Shown one piece after another: positions 9,522-20,284 of a DNA stretch of 64,000 nt (position 1 is the stretch's first letter; each line of letters begins with the position of its first letter). Made by a program: the position numbers and the translations under genes. The stretch is from an uncultured Chloroflexia bacterium (GTDB taxonomy: Bacteria; Chloroflexota; Limnocylindria; Limnocylindrales; CSP1-4). The notes below the pieces were generated by a model, which worked only from the letters and a program-made list of their open reading frames with translations, was not told the DNA's origin and did not search any database. The DNA lies in NCBI GenBank assembly GCA_963788375.1, contig CAWBGT010000027.1:679020-743019 (forward strand), given 5' to 3'.

Positions 9522-12140
9522 TCAGTCCTTGAGGACGATGTTGACGAGCCTGCCGCCGCCGGCGTGGATGATCCGCGCGGGCTTGCGGCCGCCCATCGCC
9601 GCAACGACCTTGTCGCGCTCCAGGACGATCTTCTCCAGCTTCCGCTCGGAGGTGTCGCTGGGGACGGTGACCTTGTCCCGCAGCCTGCCGTTGACCTGGA
9701 TCGGCACCTCGCGGGTCGCCTCGGCGAGGGCTCGCTCGTCCAGCTCGGGCCAGCGCTGGACGTGGATGGACTTCCACACCTCGCCCCGGGTCTCGAGCCG
9801 CCGGGCCCACAGCTCCTCGGTGATGTGCGGCGCGGCCGGTGACAGCATCAGGAGCAGCAGATCGACCGCCTCGTCCCACTCCGGCTGGCCGGCAGCTGGG
9901 GTCCCCCGGTATCGGGACAGGAGGTTGCTCAGCTCCATGAGCTTCGCCACCATCGTGTTCCAGCGGAAGCCCTCGTAGTCATCGGTGACGTCGCGCAGGG
10001 TGCGGTGGGCCGCGGCGTGCATCCGGTGGCGCGCGACCTCCTCGGTCTCACCCTCCGGCAGGGTCACACCCGATGGATCGCCGGGCTCGCGGCCGTGCGG
10101 GTCGAGCGCGATCGCCCAGACGCGGTTGAGGAACTTGCCCACGCCGCCGATGCCGGTGGGGCTCCACGGGCCACCCTGGTCCCAGGGGCCCATGAACATC
10201 AGGAACAGCCGGACGGCGTCCGCCCCATAGCGTGCGACCAGCTCGTCGGGGTCCTGGACGTTGCCGCGGCTCTTGCTCATGCGCTCGCCATCGGCGCCCA
10301 GGATCTGGCCCTGGTTGAACAGGCGGCGGAATGGCTCCTCCTCGTGGACGAGGCCCAGATCCTGCATCGCCTTGGTGAAGAAGCGGCTGTACAGCAGGTG
10401 CATCACCGCGTGCTCGGCGCCCCCGGTGTACTGGTCCACCGGCGTCCAGTCCTTGACCTTGTCGCGGTCGACCGGCCCGTCGGACTTGTGCGGGGAGAGG
10501 TATCGGAACCAGTACCACGATGAGTCGATGAACGTGTCCATCGTGTCCGTCTCGCGCCGGGCCGCGGCGCCGCACTGCGGACAGGGGACGTTGAGGAACG
10601 CCTCGTCGCGGTTGAGCGGGTTGTCCCCGGAGCCGCGGTAGTCCACGGTCTCGGGCAGCAGGACGGGCAGGTCCTGCTCGGGGACCGGGACGGCCCCGCA
10701 CTGCTCGCAGTGGATGACCGGGATCGGCGTGCCCCAGTAGCGCTGGCGGCTGATCAGCCAGTCGCGCAGGCGGTACGTGACGGCCTGGCGGCCCTTGCCC
10801 CGCTCCTCGAGCGAGGACACGATCTGGTGCCAGGCATCGACTGCCGGCCGCCCGGTGAACTCGCCGGAGTTGACCATCACGATCTGGTCGGTTGCCGTGC
10901 GCCCCCGGGTGAGGAGGTCCACCTCATCGAGGATGCCGCCCAGGAGCCCGTGGTGCTCCGGGGTGGCGGCGGCTGCGAAGTCGGCCGCCTTCTCAACGAA
11001 CGCCTCGGTCAGTGGCGCATCGGGATCGGCACCCTTGGGCATGACGACCCGCACGATCGGCAGGCCGAACTTCTGGGCGAAGGCGAAGTCGCGCTCGTCG
11101 TGGGCGGGGACGGCCATGATCGCGCCCGTGCCGTAGGTGCCCAGCACGTAGTCCGCGATGAAGATTGGGATCCGCTCCCCGTTGACCGGGTTGATGGCGT
11201 CCGCGCCGATGGGGACGCCGGACTTGTCCCTGTCGGTGGACAGGCGGTCGATCTCCGTCTTGGCGGCGGACGCCGCGACGTAGGCGTCCACGTCGGTCTT
11301 GCGCTCGGGCGCCGTCAGCGCCGCAACCAGCGGGTGCTCGGGTGCCAGGACCATGAAGGTGGCGCCGAATAGCGTGTCCGGGCGCGTGGTGAAGACCCGC
11401 AGCTCCTCGCCGCCGGCGTGGTGGGGGGAGGGGGCCGTCTCGAACACGATCTCGGCGCCGGACGAGCGCCCGATCCAGTTCGTCTGCATGATCCGGACGG
11501 GATCCGGCCAGTCGATGCCGCCGAAGTCGAGCAGGTCGTCAGCGTAGTTGGTGATGCCCAGGTACCACTGGGGCAGCTCGCGCTTCTCGACTTGCGCGCC
11601 GCATCGCCAGCAGTGCCGGTCCGTGCCCTCGACCTGCTCGCGCGCCAGCGTGCCGTCGTTGGGGCACCAGTCCACAGCGGAGACCGAGCGGTAGGCCAGC
11701 CCCTTCTCCATGAACTTGAGGAACAGCCACTGGTTCCAGCGGTAGTACTCGGGGTCGCATGTGACGACCTCGCTGGTCCAGTCGAACGACGCGCCCATCG
11801 TGCGCAGCTGGCTGCGCATCTTCTCGATATTGGCCATCGTCCAGTCGCGCGGGTTGATGTTGTTCTTGATGGCGGCGTTCTCGGCCGGCAGCCCAAAGGC
11901 GTCGAAGCCCACCGGCAGGAACACGTTGTCGCCATGCATGCGGCGGTAGCGGGCGATCGCGTCCGTGGGCGTCTTCACGTACCAGTGGCCGATGTGCAGG
12001 GACCCCGAGGGATAGTCGTACATCGTGAGCAGGTAGTAGGGGCGCTTCGAGCGGTCGTCGAGGTCGGTCTCGTACAGGCGGAGGTCGGCCCAGCGCTGCT
12101 GCCATCTGGGCTCGATGGCCGCGGGCTCGTAGCGCTCCAT
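9522..12140 (-). CDS. leuS: Leucyl-tRNA synthetase.
   Basis: '[17 protein letters not shown]...[23 protein letters not shown]...' plus a KMSKS-region equivalent ('MSKSRGN'). An alternative GTG start lies at 12203. Confidence 0.95.
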   Translation of the reverse strand: MERYEPAAIEPRWQQRWADLRLYETDLDDRSKRPYYLLTMYDYPSGSLHIGHWYVKTPTDAIARYRRMHGDNVFLPVGFDAFGLPAENAAIKNNINPRDWTMANIEKMRSQLRTMGASFDWTSEVVTCDPEYYRWNQWLFLKFMEKGLAYRSVSAVDWCPNDGTLAREQVEGTDRHCWRCGAQVEKRELPQWYLGITNYADDLLDFGGIDWPDPVRIMQTNWIGRSSGAEIVFETAPSPHHAGGEELRVFTTRPDTLFGATFMVLAPEHPLVAALTAPERKTDVDAYVAASAAKTEIDRLSTDRDKSGVPIGADAINPVNGERIPIFIADYVLGTYGTGAIMAVPAHDERDFAFAQKFGLPIVRVVMPKGADPDAPLTEAFVEKAADFAAAATPEHHGLLGGILDEVDLLTRGRTATDQIVMVNSGEFTGRPAVDAWHQIVSSLEERGKGRQAVTYRLRDWLISRQRYWGTPIPVIHCEQCGAVPVPEQDLPVLLPETVDYRGSGDNPLNRDEAFLNVPCPQCGAAARRETDTMDTFIDSSWYWFRYLSPHKSDGPVDRDKVKDWTPVDQYTGGAEHAVMHLLYSRFFTKAMQDLGLVHEEEPFRRLFNQGQILGADGERMSKSRGNVQDPDELVARYGADAVRLFLMFMGPWDQGGPWSPTGIGGVGKFLNRVWAIALDPHGREPGDPSGVTLPEGETEEVARHRMHAAAHRTLRDVTDDYEGFRWNTMVAKLMELSNLLSRYRGTPAAGQPEWDEAVDLLLLMLSPAAPHITEELWARRLETRGEVWKSIHVQRWPELDERALAEATREVPIQVNGRLRDKVTVPSDTSERKLEKIVLERDKVVAAMGGRKPARIIHAGGGRLVNIVLKD

Positions 12141-12284
12141 GCGTGAGCGCCCCACGCTGGCGTCGCCCTGACCGGTGCTGTCGGTATCGCCTGTCGTCGT
12201 CACGGTCCCGTCCCTGCTCGGTATGAAGAACGAACCCCCCGCCGGTCCCGGCGAGGGGTCAGGGTGTCGGCGTCAGCGGGGTGT

Positions 12285-12360
12285 TGGTGGAGCTAAAGGG
12301 ATTCGAACCCTTGACCTTCTGAATGCCATTCAGACGCTCTTCCAGCTGAGCTATAGCCCC
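12285..12360 (-). tRNA. tRNA-Ala (anticodon GGC), with encoded CCA.
   Basis: The cloverleaf was folded by hand: acceptor GGGGCUA with G3:U70, anticodon loop AUGGCAU, T-loop TTCGAAT. Confidence 0.9.
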
Positions 12361-12392
12361 ACGCCGGAGCGGCAGTATAGCGCCAGCCGCAG

Positions 12393-13846
12393 TCAGCCGC
12401 CTCCGATTTCGGACTGGCCGTGCTGCAGCCACTCGGCCGTCCGGGGTGCCCAGCGCCCGTCCGGTTCAAGCAGGACCGCCAGACGGCGGAGGTCCGCCAG
12501 CGTGTCGACGTCCGGCCAGGACTCGACGTCGGCCACCTGCCAGCCGGCCGACGCGAGGCCGTTCCTTGCGGAATCGAACGCGGTGGTGCCGGCGGTGGCG
12601 CCATCGGTGAAGGCTCCCCTCAGCCTGGCCGCCAGGTTGCGCCGGACCCGGCGTCGGAATGGGGCCGGGGTTGTCCGCGGAAGCTGCCGCCAGCGGGCGC
12701 CGACCAGGTGGTAGCCGCCGTCCTCGGCAGGTCCCAGGACGGCACTTCGAGGGCCACGGGCGAGCACGGCCATCGCGGCCTCGATGCGGGCCGGCGGCAA
12801 CCCGGGCGCGTCACCCGCGACGGCGATGGCACGATCCGCGCCGCGGTCGAACGCCGCGAGGAAGACATCGGCAAGCGCCGCTCCCAGCCCCGGGCCCGTC
12901 TGGATGACCGGCGTCCAGGCCGGACCGATGATCCGGGCGACCGAGTCCACATCAGCGACGGACGGGAGCATGGCCATCGGGTTCCAGCGAGCGGATCGCG
13001 CCGCCGCGAGCGCGCCATCGGCGGCATCGGCCATGCAGGCGGTCCAGAAGGCCGTCGTGGCCTCGTCGCCGATCTCGGCGGCCAGGCGCGTCTTGGCCCG
13101 GCCCGGCCCGGGAGCCTTGACCATGAGGGCGAGGAGGGGTCGCGCCGCCGTCTCCGACCAGGCACGCCCGACCATGGCCCGGCCGGCCGCCACGGACGCT
13201 CGCAATGAGCCGGAGACCTTGCTCGTGCCGCCCCGGCGTCGCCGGAAACGGACCGGCACCTCCCGGTACCGGATGGTGGGCTCGGCGAGCACCCGCGCGA
13301 CCAGCTGGGTCGTCCAGCCGTAGCCCGCATCGTCGAGGTCGAGCCGGCCGAGGACGGGAGCGCGCAGGGCCTTGAACGGCGGCAGGTCGTGGACGATGCG
13401 CCCGGTCCGGATCGACATCACGGCGGCGACCAGGTCGTTGCCGAGCCGGGCATGCCAGGGCATCGCGCCGTCCTCGACCAGGCGACCCGGTCGCCTGCCG
13501 AACGCCACGTCCGCCGACCTCAGCGCCACGACCAGGGCCGGCAGGTCCGCAGGGTCGCAAGAACCGTCGCCGTCCAGGAACGCCACCCCGTCATGGGTGT
13601 GGCCGGACGTAGTGGGATCCAGGGCATGTTCGGCGCCGGTGAGGCAGGCGCGCCCGTAGCCGCGTCGCGGCTCGTCGATGAGGATGCCGCCTGCTTCCGC
13701 CGCAGCGCGCCGCGTCCCGTCGCGCGACCCACCGTCGACCACGAAGGCACAGCACGCCCCCGATGCGCGCATGCCGCGGACGACGGCCCCGATCGCGGTC
13801 TGCTCGTCGATGACCGGGATGACGGCGGCGATGGCCGGGCTCATGG
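12393..13846 (-). CDS. GT2 glycosyltransferase (TIGR04283-like), fused or translationally contiguous with a DUF2064 / TIGR04282-like nucleotidyltransferase-like domain.
   Basis: N-terminal 'MSPAIAAVIPVIDEQTAIGAVV...DGGSRDGT' is a GT-A fold motif. C-terminal 'LLALMVKAPGPGRAKTRL...AIAVAGDAPGLP...GGYHLVG' matches DUF2064. No stop separates the two domains, so they may be two genes if a frame error exists. ATG overlaps the upstream stop (ATGA). Confidence 0.65.
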
Positions 13847-15401
13847 TGTGGCCCCATCCGGCTCGGGTGCCCAGACGATGAACTCGCCATCGTCGACCAG
13901 CACCGCGCGATCCCCGGCCAGGAGCGAGGCGAGCATCTTGTCGTGGCGGTTCCGGGCCCGAAGCGTCGGCGACCATGGCGTGCGGTCCATGACGACATAC
14001 GCATTCGCGGGAGGGACCGGGCCGGCCATCAGGCGCCGGATGTCGGTTCGCGCGGCGAGTGGCGCCACCAGCCCCTCGTCTGCCGCAAGGATCGCTTCGG
14101 CAGGCACGATGGCGGCCGCCAACTCCAGTCCATCCAGCCGGGCAGGCCGGGCGGCGAACGCTGGGTCGCTCATGTCGAACGGCGGGATTGAGCCCTGGAC
14201 CCAGGCGCCGACCGCCGCCGGGATGATCAGCAGCAAGGCCAGCAGAGGAGCGAGCCGCCGGGTCTGGGAATCGGGGGCGCCGCGACCCGGCGCGTCCCGC
14301 GGTCGGCGACGCGGGCCCCGCCGCCACCTTCGCTCGGCGACCGCCAGTACCCGTCGCCCGCCGAACCCGGCGGCAACGATCAGCGGCACCACCAGGATCA
14401 GCCCGTACTGGAGCCGCAGGTTCGCCTGGAAGTCGTTGGCGGACAGGAGTGCGGCGGCCATCGGTGGCAGGGCCAGGAGCAGCCAGCGCGGACGGACCAG
14501 GGGCAGGCCGAGGAGGGCGACGACCATCCCGGCTGCGGCAAGCCACGGCGTGGCCCGGGCGATGTGGGCAACGACCGCGGCAGTCCGCTCGAACGGCGCC
14601 AGCAGGACGGCAAGCCCGCCGCCAAGCCAGGCGTAGTAGCGGTCGGTATCGGCCCCGGCGCCGTCGCGGATGGCCGGCATCACGAGGCCGAAGGCCGCGA
14701 TCGCCCAGGCGGCGGCCACGAGCACGAGGAACCGGCCCTGGCGGCGGGTCGAGCCGCGGCCCCGGACCGCCACCGCCAGTCCGACCACGGCGACCGCGTA
14801 GCCAACGTCCTCGCGGGTCGCGAGCGCCAGCAGCGCGAGCGCCCACATCGCGCGATGGCGCTTCGTGAGCCCCGCCCATCCGGCGAGGAGCGCGAGCGCG
14901 ATGCCCGCGGTCTCGGGATGGAAGTCGGCCCGGATGACGTCCTGTATCGTGCCCCACAGCGGGATCCCAATCGCCAGGACCGCGGCGAGCACCGGCCCGA
15001 ACTCGGCCGGGACGGAGCAGCGCGCGGAGGAACAGGAAGGTGGCCGGGATCAGCGCCGCGACCGACACGGCGTGGGCCAGGTTGAGGACGCGCACGTCCG
15101 GCCCGACGAGGCGCTCGATCGCGGCCGGGACCACCAGGATCGGCGAGAAGTGGAGCCCGAGGAACGACCCCTCGTGGAAGCTCGAGACCCAGCGACCGCT
15201 GTCGGCGACGTTCCAGACGACCTGCTGGAAGAAGGCCAGGTCGTATGGCGGGGCCGCGAGACCCACGGTGCGGCTCACGAGGAGTGCGGCCACCCAGGCC
15301 GCTGTCGCGATCGTCGCCAGCCCAACGAGGCCGGCCGGGATCGCCCCGCGCCCGAGCCCAGGGTTCACCCGGCTCCCGATCAGCCGGCCGCCGGAGCGGC
15401 G
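13842..15401 (-). CDS. DUF2079-family polytopic membrane protein, with an apparent frameshift near 15005.
   Basis: 'YDLAFFQQVVWNVADSGRWVSSFHEGSFLGLHFSPILV' is in the frame of the 1344-aa ORF. The continuation 'EFGPVLAAVLAIGIPLWGTIQDV...' is in the frame of ORF 13841..14992. Confidence 0.55.
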
Positions 15402-16418
15402 TGTCCGCTCGGAACGGGTCAGGAGTGGCTTCCCCGACGCGCGATAGCCATCCGCGATCCCCCGCGCCGCGGTCTCGATGGCCTGGGCAGCGGACAGCCG
15501 CGGCTCCCAGCCAAGGGCCCGCAGCGCCGAGGTCTCGAACTCGACATAGGGCGTGTCACCCGCCCAGCCGCCGCCACCGGGGCCGCGGCCCGCGTACGTC
15601 AGCTCGACCGACGCGGGCGCGAGTCCCAGGGCCTCGATCACGATCGCGGCCACGCGCTGGACGGTGACGGTCCCCTCGGTCCCGACGTTCAGGATCGTCA
15701 TCGGGGACCGCGCCGCCGCCGCAACTCCGCGCCGGATCCCGGCGACCAGGTCGTCCACGGCGATGTAGGGCTTCGCCTGGGTGCCGTCGCCCAGCATCTC
15801 GAGGCGGGTCGGGTCCCGCAGGAGCTTGACCACGAAGTCATGGACCACGCCATGGTTCGATCGCGGGCCGACCGTGTTGCCGAAGCGGAACGCGTGCGCC
15901 CGCCAGCCGTACAGGCTTGCGAAGCCCGAGATCAGCGCCTCGCCGGCAAGCTTCGCGGCCGCGTAGTGCGACTCCGGCAGCAGCGGGCCGTCGCCTTCCC
16001 CGGTCGGGATCCGGGCCGGGCGGCCGTAAACGACCCCGGAGGAGGCGAACCAGATCTCGTCAATCCCGACCGCGTGCATCGTCTCGCACACGAGTTCGGT
16101 GCCCACGACGCCGCTCGCGAAGTCCCGCTCGGGGTGGTCGAAGCCCCCGGCGATGTCTGTTCCCGATGCGAGGTGGACCACGCGACGGTGGCCGGCCATG
16201 GCGTCCCGGAGCGCGTCGCGGTCCGTGATGTCGCCGCGGACAAAGTCCAGGAGCGGGTCTCCGTCGAACCGGGTCGCCCAGTCCGGCTCCGCGGTCGAGA
16301 GGTTGTCGAAGACGGTGACGGGTGCCCCGTCACGCAGCAGCGATGCGACCACCTCGCCGCCGATGAACCCGGCGCCGCCGGTGACGAAGGTCCGGACCGG
16401 CTCCAGGCGGTCCGTCAT
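15402..16418 (-). CDS. NAD-dependent epimerase/dehydratase (SDR family). There is no in-frame stop before the DUF2079 region, so the 3' boundary is approximate.
   Basis: 'TFVTGGAGFIGGEVVASLL' Rossmann motif and an 'YAAAK' catalytic motif. ATG at 16418 overlaps the DoxX stop (ATGA). Confidence 0.7.
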
Positions 16419-16975
16419 CCGGGCCATCGGCGACGAGCGAGCGCCAGCCGGGCGTCAAGGCCGTGCCAGCGGCCGGCGCGGAAGACGGCGAGGCACAGGA
16501 GCGGCACCCATTCCACCGAGTACTCGTAGATCCACTTGTCGTTCCACAGCGTCGCGAACTGCAGGTGGAGCGCCATGCCCGCCGCGACCAGCGCCGCGAT
16601 CGGGGTGACCAGGCCCAGGATCAGCAGGACGCCGACGATCGTCTCGACCAGTCCCACCGAGAAGCCGAAGAACCCGAAGTTGGGCAGCACGACGCCCTCG
16701 ATGAAGGAGCGGTAGGGCTCGATCGGATGCGGCTGGGTGATCACCTCGTACTTGAGGATCGACTGGGCGCTGCGACCACCCTCGGCGTTGATGACGAACC
16801 CCAGCGGCGTGTCGGGCCACAGGTTCGGGACGGCCGGCAGGATCTTGGCCAGGCCGTTGTGCAGGAAGACCACGCCGAAGAAGATCCGCAGCGTGGCCAT
16901 CGCGCGGCCGAACCACAGCCCGGTCGCGATGGCGGCGATCGCCTCGGATTGCGCGCTGCGTGCGCTGGTTTCCAC
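16415..16975 (-). CDS. DoxX-family membrane protein.
   Basis: 'LRIFFGVVFLHNGLAKIL' and four predicted TM helices. Confidence 0.65.
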   Translation of the reverse strand: METSARSAQSEAIAAIATGLWFGRAMATLRIFFGVVFLHNGLAKILPAVPNLWPDTPLGFVINAEGGRSAQSILKYEVITQPHPIEPYRSFIEGVVLPNFGFFGFSVGLVETIVGVLLILGLVTPIAALVAAGMALHLQFATLWNDKWIYEYSVEWVPLLCLAVFRAGRWHGLDARLALARRRWPG

Positions 16976-17111
16976 GGATGCCCTCCCAGGAGCCTGAATT
17001 CAGTGAGCGTGTGGCTCCGACCTTAGCCCTGCCTCGTGACGCGCGGGTGACGATCCCGGGCGCCGACCCGGGCGCCGACCCGGGCGCCGACCCGGGTGGC
17101 CGCGCCGCCGC

Positions 17112-18251
17112 TCACCCGCAGACGAACCGGTCGAGCCTGGCCGGCCCCGATGCCAGGATCTCGTCCAGGCGCCGGCGGACCGCGACCAGCGCCTCGGCCA
17201 TCGACGAATCCGCCGGCAGGTCGAGCCGCATGTCGGGATCGTTGGACAGCGGGTGCCAGAACCAGCCCAGCGCATCGCAGGTCAGCTCGGGTGCGACGTC
17301 CTGGGGCCGGATGGGCTCGCCCTCCGAAGCGGCTCCGCGCAGCGCGATCGGCCGGAAGATCCGGTCGTCGGGCCGGATGCCGAAGTCGTCCGCCAGGCGG
17401 TGGAGGTGCGGGATCTCGTCGAGCGCCTCCTCGGGCAACGATGCCGCGAGCCGGACGCGGGCCCCGGCATCGACCAGGGTCCGGATCCCGCGCAGGGCGC
17501 CGGCATGGGCACCGCGGCCACGGTGGGCGTCGTGGCGCTCCGGCGTCACGGAATCGAGGCTCACCTGGAAGGCGATCGGCCGGCCGGCATCGATCAGCGG
17601 CCGGATCCGGTCCCAGCGCGGTCCGCGGAGCAGCATCGCGTTGGTGAGCAGCGTCAGCGGCAGGCGATCGGTCACGTAGGCGATCAGGTCGGCGATGTCG
17701 GGCCGCAGCGTCGGCTCGCCGCCGGTCACGAACACTGCGTCCATGCCGGCCCCAACGGCCTCGTCCACCAGGGCGCGGATCCGAGCGTCCGACAGGCGTC
17801 GCGGGTCGGCCTTCGGACCGGCAACCACGCAGCAGTAGTCGCAGGCGAGGTTGCAGTCGTAGTTGGTGTACAGCCACAGGCGGGTGGGCATGAACGACTC
17901 GCCTTGCGACACCGCCACGACCGCCTCGGCCCCACCCTCGTGTGCGCCGTCCGCCGGCCAGTCCGTCCGCGCCGGCCCCTTGCGCAGGTAGTGGAGGGTC
18001 CACCCGGGCCGCTCGGGATCGGGGATCACCGACAGTAGCCCGTGACGGCTCACGGCCTCGAAGGTCTGGAGCTGCCCGGTGAGCCGGTCGCTGGGGCTGG
18101 CGATTCGCACGATCTGGCCGTCGCGGATGCCGAGCAGCGCCCGATGGAGCGGCAGCAGGAGCCCGGACTCCAGGTCGGCCTCCGGGTCCTCGACCATGGC
18201 ATGGACGGGCAGCGCCCGGCCGCCGCCGTAGTTGGCCGGGTCGGCGGTCAC
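17112..18251 (-). CDS. Radical SAM enzyme with a ~120-aa N-terminal extension of unknown function.
   Basis: CxxxCxxC motif 'YTNYDCNLACDYCCV'. Glycine-rich SAM motif 'VFVTGGEPTL'. Start overlaps the upstream methyltransferase stop. Confidence 0.7.
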   Translation of the reverse strand: MTADPANYGGGRALPVHAMVEDPEADLESGLLLPLHRALLGIRDGQIVRIASPSDRLTGQLQTFEAVSRHGLLSVIPDPERPGWTLHYLRKGPARTDWPADGAHEGGAEAVVAVSQGESFMPTRLWLYTNYDCNLACDYCCVVAGPKADPRRLSDARIRALVDEAVGAGMDAVFVTGGEPTLRPDIADLIAYVTDRLPLTLLTNAMLLRGPRWDRIRPLIDAGRPIAFQVSLDSVTPERHDAHRGRGAHAGALRGIRTLVDAGARVRLAASLPEEALDEIPHLHRLADDFGIRPDDRIFRPIALRGAASEGEPIRPQDVAPELTCDALGWFWHPLSNDPDMRLDLPADSSMAEALVAVRRRLDEILASGPARLDRFVCG

Positions 18252-18889
18252 GGTTCCTTCCGCTCGACGCGGCGGAAGGTCGAGTACTGGAACTGCTGGG
18301 GGATCCCCGCCGGCGTGTGGTGGAGATACCGGCGGCTGTCCACCAGCCGGAAGCCCTCGCCGAGCTCCGCCGCGAGCGCATCGGGCTCGTAGCGCTGGAC
18401 CGGCATGCCGCTGCAGCGCTCGGGACCGTCGTCCGCGAAGGTCGCGATGATGGCCGTGCCCCCGTCGGGGATCGTTCGCCGGGCCAGGTCGGCGTAGCGC
18501 CGCCGGGCGTCTGGATCCAGGAGGAAGTGGAACGCCGCACGGTCGTGCCAGATGTCAAAGGCCCCCACGTCGTCGAGGACGGATGCATCGCCCACGATCC
18601 AGGCGATCCGCCCGGCGCGGTCGCCGAGCCGGTGGCGGGCCAGCGTCAGGGCCGCCTCGGAGATGTCGAGGACCGCGATCCGGTCGAGGTCGAGCTCGAG
18701 GAGGTGGTCCACCAGCCAGGACGCACCGCCGCCGATGTCGATGATGCTGCGCGCCCCACGCTCGATGGCGGCCGCCACCAGCTCCCGCGAGTTGAACGGA
18801 TCCGGCTCGTACCAGCCGACACCGGTCATCTCGCGCGTGGCGTAGATCCAGTCCCACGCGCTCGCCGGGGCTGTGGCTTCCGAGGACAC
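18248..18889 (-). CDS. Class I SAM-dependent methyltransferase.
   Basis: Motif I 'IIDIGGGASWLVDHL'. GTG start is preceded by AGGGAG. Confidence 0.7.
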   Translation of the reverse strand: MSSEATAPASAWDWIYATREMTGVGWYEPDPFNSRELVAAAIERGARSIIDIGGGASWLVDHLLELDLDRIAVLDISEAALTLARHRLGDRAGRIAWIVGDASVLDDVGAFDIWHDRAAFHFLLDPDARRRYADLARRTIPDGGTAIIATFADDGPERCSGMPVQRYEPDALAAELGEGFRLVDSRRYLHHTPAGIPQQFQYSTFRRVERKEP

Positions 18890-18994
18890 GGGTACTCCCT
18901 TGTTGAGACGGATCGGGGCTGAGGCTAAGGATATTGGGTGACGCCTCGATGACGACGGGGTGACCGCGCCTGGCCGGAGTGCCGCCGACGCCGC

Positions 18995-19435
18995 CTAGCC
19001 CGGGTCGGACGCGGGCTCCACCGGGAGGCCCGCCGCGGCCCACGCCTCGAACCCGCCGACGACGTCCGTGGCTCGATCGAAGCCGAGGTCGCGAAGGGTG
19101 GCCGCGGCCAGGCTCGAGCTGTAGCCATGGGCGCACAGCAGGACGATCCGGGCCGCTGGATCGGAGAGGCGCGGATCGTCGTGGCCCGACGCCGGATCGA
19201 GGCGCCAGTACAGGACCGACCACGGGACGTGGATCGAACCCGGGACCACGCCGGTCTCCCGTCGCAGCTCCGCGCACCGGGTGTCGACCAGGATGGCCCC
19301 GTCGTCGGCCATCGCCTTGTGGACATCCGCCGGCTCGAGCCGGTCAAGCCGCGCCCGCGCGTCGGCCAGGAGGTCGTTCACGGTCCGCCGTCGGTTCGGT
19401 GGGCCCCCGGCTTCGGTCGGCCGGTTGTCGCTCAT
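18995..19435 (-). CDS. Single-domain rhodanese (sulfurtransferase).
   Basis: 'ILVDTRCAELRRETGVVPGSIHVP...IVLLCAHGYSSSLAA' with an active-site Cys in the CAHG loop. ATG at 19435 is preceded by GGAGGAGAGG. Confidence 0.75.
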   Translation of the reverse strand: MSDNRPTEAGGPPNRRRTVNDLLADARARLDRLEPADVHKAMADDGAILVDTRCAELRRETGVVPGSIHVPWSVLYWRLDPASGHDDPRLSDPAARIVLLCAHGYSSSLAAATLRDLGFDRATDVVGGFEAWAAAGLPVEPASDPG

Positions 19436-19691
19436 CGGTGCCTCTCCTCCAGGTTGCCCGGCATTGTGACCGCTCCGGGGATCGGTGGCCCGTCGAGGCG
19501 CACGATCGGGCGCTTGAAGAGGCCGGGGCCACCGGGATCGTCCGGGCGCGCGTGAACACCATCGGGTATTCGTGCGGACTGGAGGCGGTACTCCGGCCCG
19601 CGGATGTGGGCCGCACGGCTCCTGCCCGGCGTTCTCCGGCGTGCGAGCCTCAAGCCGCTTCTCAGGGCGTCGGCAGTCAGGAGATTCGAGC

Positions 19692-20075
19692 GTGGATGCC
19701 ATTGTCGGGCTAGCCGTGGTCGTGGGCCTCGCGGTCGTCGTGGCCTGGTTCGTGCTCTACCGGTGGAGCGGCGGCAGAGGGTCAGGCGACGTGGCCGCGG
19801 GAGCCGAGGAATGGGGCGACTTCCTCGTCCGGACCTACCGTGGGCACCAGCAGAGCGAGGCGATCGCGAGCTACGTGAAGGATGCGGAGACGCTCGCCCA
19901 GCGCGGCTATGCGCCAGCGGGCCAGAGCTGGGGCGACGGGCAGTGGGATGGTGGCACCTTCGTCATCGCGTTGATCCTCTCCTTGTTCGGGATCGGCCTC
20001 ATCGTGCTCGCCTACATGGCGATCATCAGGCCTGACGGAACGCTGTGCGTCACCTACCGGCTCGGGGCCACATAG
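19692..20075 (+). CDS. Small two-TM membrane protein (hypothetical).
   Basis: GTG start is preceded by AGGAGA. Hydrophobic helices 'IVGLAVVVGLAVVVAWFVLY' and 'FVIALILSLFGIGLIVLAYMAII'. Confidence 0.35.
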   Translation: MDAIVGLAVVVGLAVVVAWFVLYRWSGGRGSGDVAAGAEEWGDFLVRTYRGHQQSEAIASYVKDAETLAQRGYAPAGQSWGDGQWDGGTFVIALILSLFGIGLIVLAYMAIIRPDGTLCVTYRLGAT

Positions 20076-20200
20076 CCTCACGCCCATCCGACAGGCGGAG
20101 CAGCCGCTCGACGGTGCGCGCGCGCCCTTCCGGGATGGCGAGCACGACTTGGTGCCGCCCGCCGACGGCTCCTGACGTATCGGCCGCCAAGACTCGCACA

Positions 20201-20241
20201 CTGTTGTATTTCCACAACAGCACGCCTATTGTATGAATACA
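20201..20241. promoter_or_regulatory. AT-rich operator-like palindromes: CTGTTGT-N6-ACAACAG and TTGTAT-GA-ATACAA, sharing a TTGTAT half-site.
   Basis: Seen directly in the sequence. It is a local GC drop in a ~70% GC background, 45-85 bp upstream of the membrane-protein/XRE operon. Confidence 0.4.
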
Positions 20242-20284
20242 ACAGCCCACCGGGCTGATCACCCCCGCGGGGGAGGAGTGCGGC

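Noticed and set aside
12203-12290. T-box or other leader upstream of leuS.
   Set aside because: The leuS upstream region is short, GC-rich and lacks the specifier and T-box conserved sequences.
12393-16427. Single 1344-aa ORF suggesting one giant epimerase-membrane-GT fusion protein.
   Set aside because: The middle ~450 codons are low-complexity junk in this frame, while a different frame (13841..14992) encodes the DUF2079 continuation. The open frame is a high-GC artefact plus a frameshift, so the region was split into epimerase, DUF2079 and GT2/DUF2064.
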